From: Eledone cirrhosa
Taxonomy: Eukaryota
Assembly: GCA_964016885.1 (NCBI GenBank)
Contig: OZ024743.1
Coordinates: forward strand, 263,996,001-264,060,000
Length of the DNA: 64,000 bases
Reading direction: 5' to 3'
Part shown: positions 29,204 through 42,781 of the stretch, piece after piece
Layout of the letters: each line of letters starts with the position of its first letter
How positions within the stretch are numbered: position 1 is the first letter of the stretch
Position numbers and translations under genes: made by a program
Notes under the pieces: model-generated
Told to the model about the DNA's origin: nothing
The model's input: only the letters and a program-made list of their open reading frames with translations
The model's database searches: none

Positions 29204-29210
<7 letters not shown>
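28265..29210 (+). mobile_element. ORF-less element: 523-bp unit with partial tandem copy, inverted arm and HHR-like cores
   Basis: Direct repeat 28436-28687 = 28959-29210; inverted repeat about 28369-28440 / 28735-28806; extra duplicate 28265-28352; CTGACGA..GAAA cores at 28556 and 29079; flanked by (TA)n. Confidence 0.7.
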
Positions 29211-29281
<71 letters not shown>

Positions 29282-29809
29282 AGACAAGCAAAATGTGCAT
29301 TATATCGATGTGAGAATAGGAGCGAGTACCTACCAATATGAATTTAGTGGATACCACGATGGTTGGTGACGGGCCCGAAGGTCGGGAATCATCAAATCTA
29401 TATCTATATCTATTTACTATATAACATGGAAGTTTGTTTGTTTATTGATTGGCAATTACACGGAATTTTGACTATATTAGTAATAATTAGAGTATTGTCT
29501 GAAACAGCTCTTTTACGATCTATTTCATTGTCTTTCGTTTTTTCTCTCTGCATTTCATTTAATTTTAATCTATTTTGTTTTCGATATTTTTTTACATTTT
29601 TGCCAATAAAATTAATAATCAAAGAGAGCTTACGGATACATTTTAAAAGATTAATTTCACAATTTGCCAATAACTGTTATAGACACATATTGATTTATAC
29701 CTGTGTGTGTATGCGCATATATATTTATATATGTGTATACACACATATATATATTTATACATGTGTGTATACATGTATATATGTAGATTGGTAAATTCAT
29801 GTGAACGCA

Positions 29810-29992
29810 TAAATCTAATTCTCAGAGAGATTCAGCAGTGTATGCTTAAATATAATTCTGAGGGAAATTCAGCAAATGCACGCTTAAATGTAATTCTCAT
29901 GGAGATTCAGCATGACACAGTGTGTGACAAGGCTAAGTGTTCTACATACAGGCATGTGTACCCTTAAATGCAATTCTCAGGTAGATTCAGCA
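29810..29992. repeat. Degenerate minisatellite, four copies of TAAATNYAATTCTNANNNARATTCAGCA
   Basis: Copies at about 29810, 29847, 29885 and 29964. Confidence 0.6.
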
Positions 29993-30368
29993 AGACACGG
30001 TGTTTAACCAGGATGACTATTTCATATAAAGTCATGACGAGGACATGAATGAACGTCAACACATCGACACATCTGTCGTACCACACAACGTATCCCCCAT
30101 TAAACATTTGGACGTGGTGGTACCTAGGACGAAAGGGGTTAATAGGAAGGATACAGGGATCAATGAAGGAAAAGAGACAAAAACAACATATAAGGTGATA
30201 TACACTATTAGGGAAAGACTTCATATATACCCATAGTTAAAGACATTCTTGCACATATCAAGAGAACGTAGAGCGTTTATCTACACACATAGTTGCTATC
30301 TACCTATGTGTATACATGTATATTTTATCTATATACTGTTTGCAAATGTCTGTTCCACAATGCATAAT

Positions 30369-30510
30369 AATTGTTTCTACATTTAGCACAAGGCCAAGCA
30401 ATTATCCCAGTGTACTTTATTTTATCAACCCCGGCGGGATTCGAACTCAGACAAAAATGGGCCGTAACTCTATGTTGCAAAGCATGGCATCAAATCCCCT
30501 ACCAATGCTC
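30369..30510 (-). mobile_element. tRNA-derived SINE, diverged and internally deleted
   Basis: ATTGTTTCTAC..GCACAAGGCCA..GGCGGGATTCGAACTCAG family signature. Confidence 0.7.
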
Positions 30511-30511
30511 A

Positions 30512-31915
30512 TCTAAACTATAATAAAGTAAGAAGCGCGGGACTGCGTACGGTTTATAATTTTTTATCCCCTTAGTAAAATAAGTTGGATTACTTTGAAT
30601 AAATAATGAGTGAATATTACATAATTTATCTACTAAATGTTGTGGCTGTTCATTAAATATATTTTATTACTTATTTAAAGATTCACTTCTTTAAAATTTT
30701 CAAATGTCAACACTTCCGGTTAGCGATCTTTTAAATAAGTATTCATATATTTCTGTCACTAATTTTCTTCCAATGCAGTTTATGTAAAATCGTCTTCTTT
30801 TAATGTATCATGGATTACGTTACTGATTACATAAGGAGTATAACACAGTCTTCGTTCAATTTCTGTGTATATTGTCAATTACGATTTTATTTGATCATAT
30901 CTACATGCATATATATTTGCGTATAATATCAATATACACACTATACATGCTAGCAGAAAACCACCCGAAGGGTGCTTTTTCTGCTAGTAGTAATAATAAT
31001 CGTTTACAAACATATTTTCGACTCTCTTTTCTTCCTATTTTCTTTTTCTCCCTCCCTTCTATCTCTCTCATAAAAAAATCACATTTTGTAATTCCAAAAT
31101 AAATGTACGCAAATTATCATGGAAGTTCATATTTTTTATGAATGCTCGTTTGTATTCCAAGAGTCTAGACTCCTCTTAAAATATACAAAAGTTCAATATT
31201 GTAGGATCAAAGTATCAGTGGAACTTCAGCCACATAACGTTAGCTTTTATAAAGTCGTTTTACAACAGTCATAGAAAGTTAAGCAAATTGAGGTGATACT
31301 AACTACAGCGCAAACGCACTTTACCACAACATGACACAGAGCTATTTACTGTTGTCAACGTTACGTGATAATAATAAGCATAGTAACACACTGAGCTCCA
31401 ATGATGCTAGCCGTCTGTTTACAATGACAACTTAAATGAGGTAAGCTTCGTCATTGATTGATATCTCCCTGGTGAAGATATTCATGTAATTTCCACACAT
31501 TTCTTATTTAATCCATACTTTGGCTTTTAAAAAATTATTTACCATCTTTTTTAGAAGAAAGTTATTACTATCCACAAGCCCTTCAGACGTTGCCACCTTA
31601 CACAATACTCCAGGGTGGTAGTTTACAAAGCTTAATTGTGTCTGCTCTAAACCAGAAAACAAAGAACTTTGTTTATCCAGAAGTTCTTAATTTCCTTCAA
31701 AATATGTGATCGAATTTATCACCTCTCATAAAAGAGATACACTTCGTATATTTAGTTTTCATTTTTTTTTTTGTATTATGAATTCACAATTGATTTTATT
31801 ATGTACCCCAATTGAAGAATTTAGAATAACTAATTTCTATATTAGATTTTTGCTTCTTTCTTCTAATTAATAGAAACCACTTTCATTCCCGGGAAACGCC
31901 GAGTACCTCTACTAG
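30512..31915 (+). mobile_element. Non-autonomous Helitron
   Basis: 5' A|TCTAAACTATAATAAA; 3' GC-rich hairpin CCCGGGAAACGCCGAG followed by CTAG|T; A|T target without a target-site duplication (TSD). Confidence 0.6.
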
Positions 31916-32433
31916 TATATATATATATACATATAAATATGTGTGTATGTGCGCGCATGTGTGTATGTATGTGTGTGTGTGTGTGTTTGTATTGACATGT
32001 ATGTATTAATGAATGCATATTTGCAGTTACGTATGTTAGTGTGTGCGCCTGTGAAAAATGATTATGAAGGTGGAAATATTGTGCAGAAAGAGTAGAAAAC
32101 GACTTGAAGGAAATAGGGGGAAGGAATGAAGAATGAAAGAGAAATTGAAAGTGAAATAAAAATTTGAAGCACTCAAAAATGGCGTGTTACTGATTTGTGT
32201 GCGCTGCTAATCTAATCTGATAATTAAACTCATACGATCAGCTAGTGATAATAGGCACGTGGAGAAAATCCTTAAAGTAATTACTCCATGTTGTTATCTT
32301 GTTTAATTCAATTCTATGTCGATTTCCATTTCATAATACCTTTTATCAGACATTTACCTAATATCAACAAATGAATTCTAAATGCAATAGAGGGTGCCTG
32401 AGGAATATTTAGAGACATATAGGATAAAAATAA

Positions 32434-32587
32434 GGTGGCGAATTGGCCGTTAGAACGTCGGATAGAATGCTTTATAGCATTCCTTCCGGTTCTCTGCTCT
32501 CTGAGTTCAACTCTCGCAGAGGTCGCATTTACCTTTCATCATTTCGAGGTCGATAAAAAAAGGACCAGTCTAGTACTGGGGTCGATT
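32434..32587 (+). mobile_element. tRNA-derived SINE, diverged
   Basis: GGCGAATTGGC..GTTAGAACGTCGGA..CTGAGTTCAA..GAGGTCG..CCTTTCATC..GTCGATAAA. Confidence 0.7.
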
Positions 32588-35500
32588 CTTCTTCTATATC
32601 TCTTTCTCATTTTCTATCTTTTTCTGGAAGAAATCTACGTGGAGAGAGATGGGATCCGCTAGGCTTAAAATGCCCAAGAAACACCGTATATCAATACGGC
32701 GCACCTACGATTCTATCAGGAGTTACGGGACCATAAAGAAGAAAGATGTTAGAAATAAGTCGGTAAATTCGCGGAATCCTTAGAACGTCATACAAAATGA
32801 CTGGCAATATTTCTTCCTTTGCTTTAAGTAATACGTTTAAATAGCACCGAGGCTAATTATTCCATTCACACTTTCAGAAACGATAAATTAAAATACCCCT
32901 CAGGTAGGTGAGTAATTTAAACGGTGAATAAAATACTTTACCGTATTTGTTATAACTTTGCATTGTGGACGCCCGTAGGGCCGGGGCGAATTTGAATCTA
33001 TGTAATCGATAAAATAGTGAAGCAAATAAGCATTTGAAAGACACCTTTGAATTGTAAAATTTCACTTACAAGAAGGTAATGATTGTCAAATAGTTCAGCA
33101 GTTGTCATTCCTTTACTTGACAATGCGAAACGTAGGATGATTAGATTATACGATGTGGGATTAAGTTATACGCACGATTCAATTATGTCTTTTAATCTTC
33201 CAGAATACATAAGTAAAAGCAGATAGTAGCTAAATAGGTAGGGAGATTGCATATATACAGCGAATTGGTGATGTCGTTAAAGTGACGGTTATGTGATCCA
33301 GTTGTTTTCATTTTGAGTTTACGTCAACCTGAGATTAAATTACCCGCAGGATTAGATCAAGTACCAGGCATTTGCGGTGGTCTTGACGAGTAGACAGATG
33401 ATCTGATGGAACACTTCATATTTTTTCTTCCGGCCTTTTGAATCCAGAGTTGAAAACTCACTGTAGCATACTTAGATGGTAGATTGAATCTGTCGCTCGG
33501 TTTATAAACTGGACTCGATTACTTGCAGCAGAATACACAGTCACGTGCATCTGAGATAGATCATTAATCAGAGGTTTATTTCGTCTACCCGTTCTTTGCT
33601 AGGTTCTGAGACCAGGAAAAGTGGCATTGTCTCTACCCTTTTTTCTGATTGGTCTCTGAAGTTCCCAATAAAAACAAGAAGTAGTTCCTTCAGAAAGCGG
33701 GATAAACGCTAGGACTGAAAACACATTGTTTAAGTTAGTAATCAATTTATCTTACTGGTACAGTAAGATAAAGCGACAGAAACGGTTGAGAAACGGATTA
33801 AATAACTTTCAGAATTCAACCCTAATCCTTTCTGTCGTCAACCTTGCCTTTCATCCCTCTGTAGATTGATCGATTAAATAGGTACACGGGAAATGAAAGT
33901 AATTAAAACCAGGTTTGCATTCTTGAGGTAATTTCACAATATATATGGTATTGGTATCCCAGGTACTCCATCGAAGCGGTTTTCAGTTCATAACAAAACT
34001 CGTACGCCTGTTCATGTATCAATGATGTGTGTAGCATGCTGGTCAGCTTCATACTCGATAGCGGGACCAAATAGTCGAATGATTATCATTGGGAGCTAGT
34101 TGGAATCTGAAATGAAGTCACAATGAGTCCGAACAGAACCACGAATTATCTAATCCGAAGCTTCAATAAATTTGCCTATCCATCACCCATGTCGTTATTT
34201 GATCGACACTGAACGGATGTAAACAAAAGTTGATCTCGAATTCAAACTGAATACGCAAGAAGCCAGGACGAGTAAGACAATATATATTACTTGATTCTCA
34301 AAGCACTCAGCAAATTCATAGAATAAGCATATATCTTAACATTTCATTCAGTCTACTCTGAAATTATATGTTGTTTGACTTACAATAAAAGAGAAACATG
34401 ATCTTTGTCACATGGAGACGAATCCTTGGTTGGGTTTTCAAATCCGTGTTTTATGAAATTTTCTTTCCTTCATTCATGTCAGTAAAAAAATAATTATCTG
34501 AATGCAATGAGCCGATAAATAACATCTATGCGCGCCTCTCACTGGTAGAATTAACAGCCATATATCATTCAGATTACTCACAGTTGTTTAAATAAAAGAA
34601 GGGTGCATTGAAAAATACATAGACATTTTCTGAATAAAAATGGGATGGTCATAGTTTCATAGCATTTGATCATAGGTTTATTATATCAAGCCAGAGATGT
34701 GGTTCACCAACAAAAACAACAACAGAGACTATGACAACAAAACCAACAGCTTCAACAACAACATAACATGTAAACCTTCCCTTGCCATTAAGAAAATATA
34801 AATGCCTCGGGGACTTGTGCTAGATATTGAGATATATTTAAGAAATGTTCTTGAGAAAAACTTCGACTTAATGTAATTCAAATAAATGGGCAATATTAAT
34901 TTCATCTTTGATTAAATACAGAGGCACTATACATCAAGCAAAATGAGTAATTGTTATATAATAGAGTTTATGCTTTTCCCAGGATATAAATGGTGTGTGA
35001 TTTATTGAAATTTCCTATGTTAAGTGAATCTAAGGAATACGTCTTGGCAATGGACTCCCAGACAAATAATATTCATATTTTTTAGTTGAAACGGTAGACT
35101 TCAGTTACTTATGGGGGGAGGCGAATAAATCCTGTCTGGAGTTAAATGCCGCATACTTGACACACCTTACGGAAAACTCATCGTTGCGTGACATGGTGCT
35201 AGCCACTTTAAGAGAACAACATAAAATATTTGCTTTTGGCATATTTTTACTGGTTTCTGTCGGAAGGAAGAGAAATAGTACGTGTGTGGGTGTGGTGATG
35301 TTCGTATGTATATTTATGTTTTCCGTATCAATGAACAATAATCAAACATTCATTGAATTGTTTTCCAGAGATCTAATTGATATTTTACAACTCCGACAGA
35401 ATTGAGGCAGATAAATCTTTACTGTGTAGAGTAGAAAAATGATTAGTCATTAAACTCACTTCACTTATAAATTGCATAATTAAAACATGAATTCTCTATT

Positions 35501-36107
35501 TGACAGAGAAGCAAAATCTGAGACCACTGATCACATAACGTGCTGGTTTGTGACATCAAGTATATCTAGAAAGGAATAAATGAATTACAGCTGGATATTG
35601 ACACCATCTAATATTTACTTCCCCGTGTGTGGTTTCATTAACTTTAGATATCCGCTTGTCTATTTCATATATAATTTATCAGCAATTTTATATTTGAGAT
35701 GAACGAATTTTTAAAAGTGTCATAAAATAGCTTTGAAATATGATTTTGGTATTGTGTGGAATATTATTATATAATTGTTAATTCATATTTATGTTTGGAA
35801 TGACCTAAGGAGTGTCATGATCAGCATTAAATTAAAGAATGTTATATACAAAATATAAATTACGAAAAAAAAAACAAACAGAAAACAAGAATGCTGATGA
35901 AAGGAGGGAAAAACATTTTTGTTTTACAGAAGTGTTCTAAAAATTAGGTAACAGTCAAATTGAAGGCGTGTTGCTTTTCACATGTTCCCCGCTAACATAA
36001 CCTAAAACAAATCCGGGTTTTGGTGAACATATCTAATTTTGATTGCTCTCTTTTCTTTCCTAAATTTGAGTTTAAGAATTCGATGTTCCCAACCCTCAAA
36101 TTGTTGG

Positions 36108-36310
36108 GGTGATTGGCAGTATAAGCGTCGGACAAAATGCTTCGCAGTTTTATTTACATTCTGAGTTCAAATCCCACCGATGGCTAATTGACTTTCTATC
36201 TTTCTAGCTTCGATAAAATATCGTTTCATTCAAGAAAAGGGATTAGTTCAATCGACTTTCTCTGTACCCTAAAATTACTAGCACTGGTGCCATATTTGAT
36301 AACCATCATT
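36108..36310 (+). mobile_element. tRNA-derived SINE, diverged
   Basis: TTGGCAG..GCGTCGGACAAAATGC..CTGAGTTCAAATCCCACCGA (B-box-like). Confidence 0.65.
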
Positions 36311-36369
36311 ATTTTTACAATTTGAGATGTCAAATTGAAATCGGGTTTAAGAAATCAGCAAAGTATTCT

Positions 36370-36768
36370 CCCGACGTCGCGAGTATGCACCTCTCTGAGG
36401 GGAGAAGAACCCCAGATGAGGTGCAGGGGAACTACTAATTACAGAGTCGAGGGATGGTCTCCCATAATACATTATTTACTGATCTGAAGTCGGTTTCCAT
36501 CTGAAACCCACAACCCTTACAGGTTTTAGATTCGAACGCCGAATATAACCTACACGCTAGAAGGCTTGTTGCCGAGTGTTGCACGATAGAAACGAAAATC
36601 AATGATGCAAACATTAAGACACTGATTCACCCGGCACTGCACTCTACTTGTGAATCGAGGTCCACTGCACCAACTGGAGAATTTCGAGTATCTCATAGCC
36701 GTATTCACGAGGGATTGAAGGCGTGTCAGCGGACGTTGCACCATGATGCTCCCAGTTATATGTAGGCA
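36370..36768 (+). mobile_element. Short RTE-like internally deleted remnant ending in (GAA)n
   Basis: QLENFEYLIAVFTRD resembles the RTE motif ExFxYLGxxxTxDG; 5' hairpin TGCACCTC...GAGGTGCA. Confidence 0.35.
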
Positions 36769-36810
36769 GAGAAGAAGAAGAAGAAGAAGAAGAAGAAGAG
36801 GAGGAGGAGG

Positions 36811-36848
<38 letters not shown>

Positions 36849-36856
36849 AATAATGA
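36769..36856. repeat. (GAA)n-(GAG)n-(GAT)n compound microsatellite
   Basis: Seen directly. Confidence 0.95.
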
Positions 36857-39800
36857 TTTCATTTATTAGCCACCAGGGCCGACATGCATGGGACAATACA
36901 AAGACAGGGACAGTGGGGGTTTACAATAAGGTGGAGTAAAAGTGAACAATGGCAAGACTAATTTAACAATGAAAATATAAAAATATAAAATAAACTATGC
37001 ATAAATATAACAAAATAAATTCCTCGATAGGGGGTGTACGACCCTGGGATGCTTCAGGTACCCCACCAATTCTGAACCACCCTGCGCTTCTAGGGCACCC
37101 AGGGACAGCACCCCTCTCCTCAAGTTAGCTAGCCTATAGGCGCATGGTCAGAGTAGGCCCATTCACACGAGCCATTCTCGCAACATTCACCCACCTTTTA
37201 GCAAATGTACTGGGGGGCAGCACTTCTTTCTCCACCCTCACCTTCCTTTCCAGGTGAAACTTGAAGAAGTTGATGAGGGATTGGCCGAAGAGAAAAGTGT
37301 CTGTCTTTAGTCCTTTCAACCTGGTCCACCATATAATCTCTTTCGCAACTGCCACCAGACAGAGGAAAATTTGCTGCTCTTCCTGACCTAAGGAAGGCGG
37401 TAGATCGATCTTCACTATGGACTCGGCCGATAGCCGGATTCGATCCACACGCGACAGTAGCTGTTCGACATAACTCCACAAGTCAGTAATGCACGGACAT
37501 TGGACAAGTGCGTGCAGAACGGTTTCGTCGTTCTGTGCGCATCTTGGGCAGGTCTGTCTGACAGCACTTCCGTGCCTGTAGAGTTTATCCCGAACCGGCA
37601 GTGCCCCCCGGTAGCACTGCCAAGCGAGGGATTTCTGGAAATTGTCCATCGTCCCCGGCTCAAAAGTCCTCCGGTACAGACTGGTCAGTTCGACTTCGTC
37701 GAGGCCCAAAGCTTCTCCGAGTGCGTCATCCCACTTGCCCACCACTAATCCTCTATAGAACTCGAGAGTGGAAGTTCCACTGATCGCATTGCCCGCTTGG
37801 TAGAGAGCAGTGAGTACCTGGCAACATTCCAGGTGCCAGTCACCCAGTCTCGGTCTCTTCTTGACCCAGGACTGTAGCTCAGTTAAAGAAATGAGCTGCG
37901 GAAAGGCCCGTCTGATAAACGGCGACCACACCTGTTCACCGTTGAGGCAGAATATCTGGGGATGTCGCAGCCTCAACGCATGTCTGCGCATCATTAGCCA
38001 CGGCATGCCCAGCCCTCCGCGTAGAGGGTGCTGGCAGCAGATTGACCGCCTCAACGACGGCACTTGTCCCCTCCACAAGAATTTGAAGAGGAGCCGTTCC
38101 ATGACGAGACGCGGATGGGGGCAAGGCACGACGGTCAGGCGGTAGTAGATGACGGACGCGATGTACGCATTCGCCACCTCCGCGCGACCTTTCAGTGATA
38201 GCTTCCTCCCAGCCCATTTTTGGGTGAGACTGTCTACTCTGCTCGTTACCTCGTCCCAATTATTTTCCACTTGGAGGTCTGGTCCGAACCAAACCCCTAG
38301 CAACTTTACCGGTCCGTCCGTCCAGCGCCCCACGACGCTGTTGGACGGCATGGGCTCGCCTCTCCAGGTTCCGAGCTGCAAGCCCACCGACTTTTCCGGG
38401 TTAAGTTTGGCTACTGTCAACCTTTCATATTCCTTCAATAAGGTGCCGACCACTTCGATTTCTGAGGTGTTCGACACCATCACGGTGATGTCGTCCGCAT
38501 AAGCCGACACCGCCTTTCCACGTCCCGGTTCGAACGGGATGCCCTGCAACAGCTCCAGCTTCCGCAGTAAAGGCTCGAGAGTCAATACGTACAGAAGGGA
38601 AGAGATAGGGAACCCTTGACGGACCGATTGGGAGAGCCGAAATGGTTCCGAGAAGTGGCCATTAATCTTGACCACCGAGCATGTGTCGCTGTGCATTGCA
38701 ACGATCCAGCTTCTAAAGACAGGGCCGAAGCCAGCTGCTTTGAGGACAAACTCCAGATACCGATGGTCAAACCCTATCGAATGTATTCGATTGATCTAAA
38801 TTGATCAGTGCCCCAACGAAGCCAGGTTTACACCCCACCCTCTCTATGATGTATCGCATGAGGTGGAGATTGTCGTGTATGGACCTGGCTGGGATTGCGC
38901 AAGTTTGCTCCTCCCCAACCAAATCCTCGACGACAAGCGCCAATCTCTTTGCTAACACCTTGGCCAAAATCTTAAACTCTGTGTTGAGCAGAGTTATGGG
39001 CCTGAAGTTGTCTAATGTATCCCTCTTGTTCTCGTCTTTCCTTATCAGCGTCACCACTCCCCTGCTCATAGAACTGGGAATACTCCCATTCTGCTGCCAG
39101 TTGCAGTAGAGTGCTTCGAGGAGTTCGGAGAACAAGTCTGGCATATTTACGTAGAGCTCGTAGGGCAGGCCATCCAAACCGGGTGACTTGCGCCTCATGC
39201 AGCCGACAAGGGCGTCATGAATTTCGGCTGAAGTAATCGGCCTTTCGCAGCGCTCAGCGTCGACCGTCGAGATGCGCGGCAAGCCATCAAGGTAGGGGCC
39301 GAAATCCGCTACTCTCTCTGACTCGCCACTCTCTCTGAACAACCGAGCAAAGTGCTGGCGAAAGGCCTCACACATCCGCTTAGAATCGCTTATCTCGTGT
39401 CCGTCTCGGTCCGCCAAAGACCGAATTGTGGTTTTATTACCACGCTGCGCCTCCGCCACGCGGGCCCATCGAACAGCTTTAGTTCCCTCGTTTCTCAGCG
39501 CACGCGCCTTAGCTCTGACAATGCAACCTTCGTGTTTGGCATTGAAGAAATGGTCTAATGCCATTCTCGCCGCTAGTGCGTCAGTTGCGATGCCACTACA
39601 AATAGCCTCGTCTAACTTATCTACCAGCTCCCCCTCCTTTCTATTTTTCTCTAACGCTAGTTCTTTGCTGAACTCTATCGAAGTTACTCTAATCTCTCTT
39701 TTGAGAGCCACCCACCATCTGTTGTTGATGTTCCCCCCTGTCAACTTTTGCTTAACTAAATTGTTGACTCGGTACCTGTAAGCCTTACGTGCCGGAAATG

Positions 39801-40924
39801 ACATGTTCAGCTTCCAGTAACCCGGTCCTAACCTACGCGTTTTATTTAGGTCGACCGTACAGATCACAAATTTGTGATCTGAATAGGCGACCGTTTTAAA
39901 AGGTGGACAGTCCACACTATTTCTATCTATTTTCCTAATGAAGATCCTGTTTATATACGATCTAGATGACCCCATTCGGTTGGTCCATGTCCATACTGGC
40001 ACATTGAGGAAATCTAGTCGATACCTGTCAGACAGTTGGAACTCGCTGAGTAGGTGCTTGAGGCTTTTGCACCCCCCTCTCCTATCGGCTACTCCCACAC
40101 AATCCCAGAGTGCGTCTAAGATGCCATTCCAGTCCCCGCTAACAGTAAAAGGCGAGACGTACCCAGAAAGGTCTCCAGGCCCCTAAAGAAGTAAGGTCGT
40201 CCGGCCCCTGTAGGGGCGTAGACGGCCAGCAGTCTAAAGGCACCACCTTCGCTACTGCTCACATCCAAGACCACCAACTTACCATTCGGGTCCCGGAAGA
40301 TCGACCTTACCTCGAGATCCAGTCCTTTCCTAAACAGCACTTCCCCCCCCCATTCCCGGCCTGCTAACAGATGCGAAGATCTGATAGTCGTCGAAAATGG
40401 GGGCTAGTGCGCGCGTGTCGGAAATTCTGGTCTCGCTTACGGCAATCACATCCATTTCCAGCGACCGGAGGTCGTTGAGCAGGCGACCCTGCTTCCAGGG
40501 TGACCCCAGGCCGCGAATATTTAAACTTCCTACTCTTAATATGGCCATATTGGTAAGCTAAGAGAGAGAGAGGGAAGGTTTACTTACCTCCCGGGTCTTG
40601 TGAAGGTCGGGTGGTTCGACCTCCATGGTTGGTGGGGTTTCTTTTGGGAACCCCTGTAAAAGTCTTGATGTGGTTTTCACATTCGGGGTTCCCACGTCTT
40701 GAGGAAAGCTCTCTCGAATTTATTTGAAGGAATTGAGTGACATTCGGACCAGAAGCAAATCTTCTGGCACACAAAATGTGCTCATTTAAAAAATCTCCCC
40801 CTCTGTTTGAATGCCCTCGCTTCGCGCTAAGAGGGCCATCAGTTTATCGTTGGCCCTTCTGACAAGCACGAAGTTTTTAACATTTTGTTGGTGTGGTTTT
40901 ATTTGTTTTCGTTTTGGTGAAGGT
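36857..40924 (-). mobile_element. Tx1/L1-clade non-LTR retrotransposon (ORF2 APE-RT-Cys-rich domain complete but frameshifted; ORF1 truncated)
   Basis: ORF2 40548 to 37134: SLNIRG, VSETR, YSDHK, YWKLN, KSPGLDGLP, NFRPITLLN, AYADDI, GGLGMP, CPRC-x-ETVLH-x-C; AATAAA at the 3' end on the minus strand. Confidence 0.92.
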
Positions 40925-41499
40925 AAGAAGAAGAAGAATCGAAATTTATTCCTGATATCTACGATCGGAGTACAAATCGTGCCAATGTCAACTTTGTCTT
41001 TTGTCCTTCGGGGTTAATGATATAAAGCACCATTCAAGTATTGGCGTCAGTATAATCGATTTTCTCATCAAGTAAAATTTGCTGGTTCTGAGCCTAAATG
41101 AGTAAGTTTTATTAATAAAGCTGACTACTGATTAGCTCATTCGCCGCATTAATTCCCTACTATTTGATTTAAAATTCCCCTGCTGTAAAATTTTCCTTAT
41201 ATCCATTCATATCATGGATTGCGAAGTGTCGAACCCGTTGCCTTGAGTAGCATATCGTTCGACTCACTCTTGAGGCTACAGGTGCCCTAAGCAGTATTGG
41301 TTATGGTCGTTCCCTTTGTCAATCTCGGTGTCAGGGAGTTTGATTAACCTGCATGCATGTGAAACAGTCAGCCTTCCACATAAATCCTTTTCGAGAGACT
41401 TAGTGAAGTTCTTGGTGTTTTCTTCAACACAAAATTATGTTTAAAACTAGAATGAAACCCTCAAATTGCAAATCTGGAAAAGTGGTATTGAAAAGTGGT

Positions 41500-41790
41500 A
41501 TTGAAAAGAAGAAAAAGAAAAAAAAGAAAAAGAAAAAGAAAAAGAAAAAGAAAAAGAAAAAGAAAAAGAAGAAGAAGAAGAAGAAGTAGAAGAAGAAGAA
41601 GAAGAAGAATATGGTGGTGGTGGTGGTGGTGGTGGTGGTGGTAGCGGTGGTGGTGATGGTAGTAGATAGATGATAGTGACGATGGTGAAATGATGATGAT
41701 GACCAGGATGATCGTGATTGTGAGGATATATTTTGGAGGTGGTGATGGTGATCATGATGTCAATGATCATAATTTTTGTGTATTATTGGT
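41500..41790. repeat. (GAAAAA)n-(GAA)n-(GGT)n-(GAT)n low-complexity tract
   Basis: Seen directly. Confidence 0.9.
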
Positions 41791-41799
41791 GATTACAAT

Positions 41800-41988
41800 A
41801 ATTGTTTCTACTTTAGGCACAAGGCCAGCAATTACCAAGTGCATTACTGGTACTTTATTTTATCGACCCCGTAAGGATGAAAGGCAAAGTCAACCTCGGC
41901 GGGATTTGAACTCAGATCGTAAAGGGACGTAACTATGCTGGAAAGCATGGCGTCCGACCCTCTACCGATACTGCCAATCCACCGCCAT
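41800..41988 (-). mobile_element. tRNA-derived SINE, full length
   Basis: Reverse complement of 45812-46005; A-box-like TGGCAGTATCGGTAG and B-box GAGTTCAAATCC. Confidence 0.88.
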
Positions 41989-42781
41989 TGGTGGTTGTGA
42001 TAATGATCGGGAGGATGATAGCATTGGGAATTATTGTGTTTAGCACTAGTCTAGACCAGGTCACGTAAACTCATTATCAAAATTGGTCATGATGTATTTT
42101 ACTTCTGGGTATAGCGTATCTAGTATTCCTGTTGTAGTTGATATATCTTTATGTCTCCAAGAGACTTGGTTGTGTTTGGCGAAAGTTTGGCTGCTATTTC
42201 TAAAGTTTAATTTCTTTATTGACTTTTATTTTTGTTTTAGTTGTTCATATTTGCTATGCTGGAGTACGACAATATTCGAAAACCTCCCATGGATAAAGAA
42301 ACAAACCTTATATTGGCCGCTCCGGTTAGAGATAAACGTTAATTTTCAGAATATGTGAATATTAACAAAATACGGTTTAGTCAAGCAAGGCTAGCATTCA
42401 TGGCCCTGATATTCCCAAACCGGTGGCTTGGTTTGAATGCATGAAACAGTGTGAACTCCACATAAGAGACCTAAAAAACAGGTAGTAGCATTAAATGGGG
42501 GAATGAACTATGTCGACCGCCCTAAAATGCTGGAACAAATATTTCAAAACATTTTAAGAATTTTAGCAATAGGCTCGTATGTTATTTTAGGAAACACAGA
42601 GTTGACATCGACTGGATTTGAACTTAGAGAGCTGGAAACCGGAAGAAATACCACCAGACATTTGCTACTATTACATTTTAACGTCGTTGCCAAATCGCCA
42701 CATATAGAAAACACAGCTGTATAAGAGGTAGGTATATGTCAGAGAAATTTGTACTTCCTTATGATGCTGCAATATATTTCA

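Noticed and set aside
29350-29395. GC-rich hairpin resembling an HHR (GTGACGG-GCCC GAA GGTC-GGGA)
   Set aside because: Too many core mismatches.
29810-29992. CRISPR-like repeat-spacer appearance
   Set aside because: The repeats are degenerate, the spacers are short and irregular, there are no cas genes, and the context is eukaryotic.
33300-34200. Possible Gypsy RNase H remnant on the minus strand (KGRDNA)
   Set aside because: A single short motif with no supporting frame or LTR.
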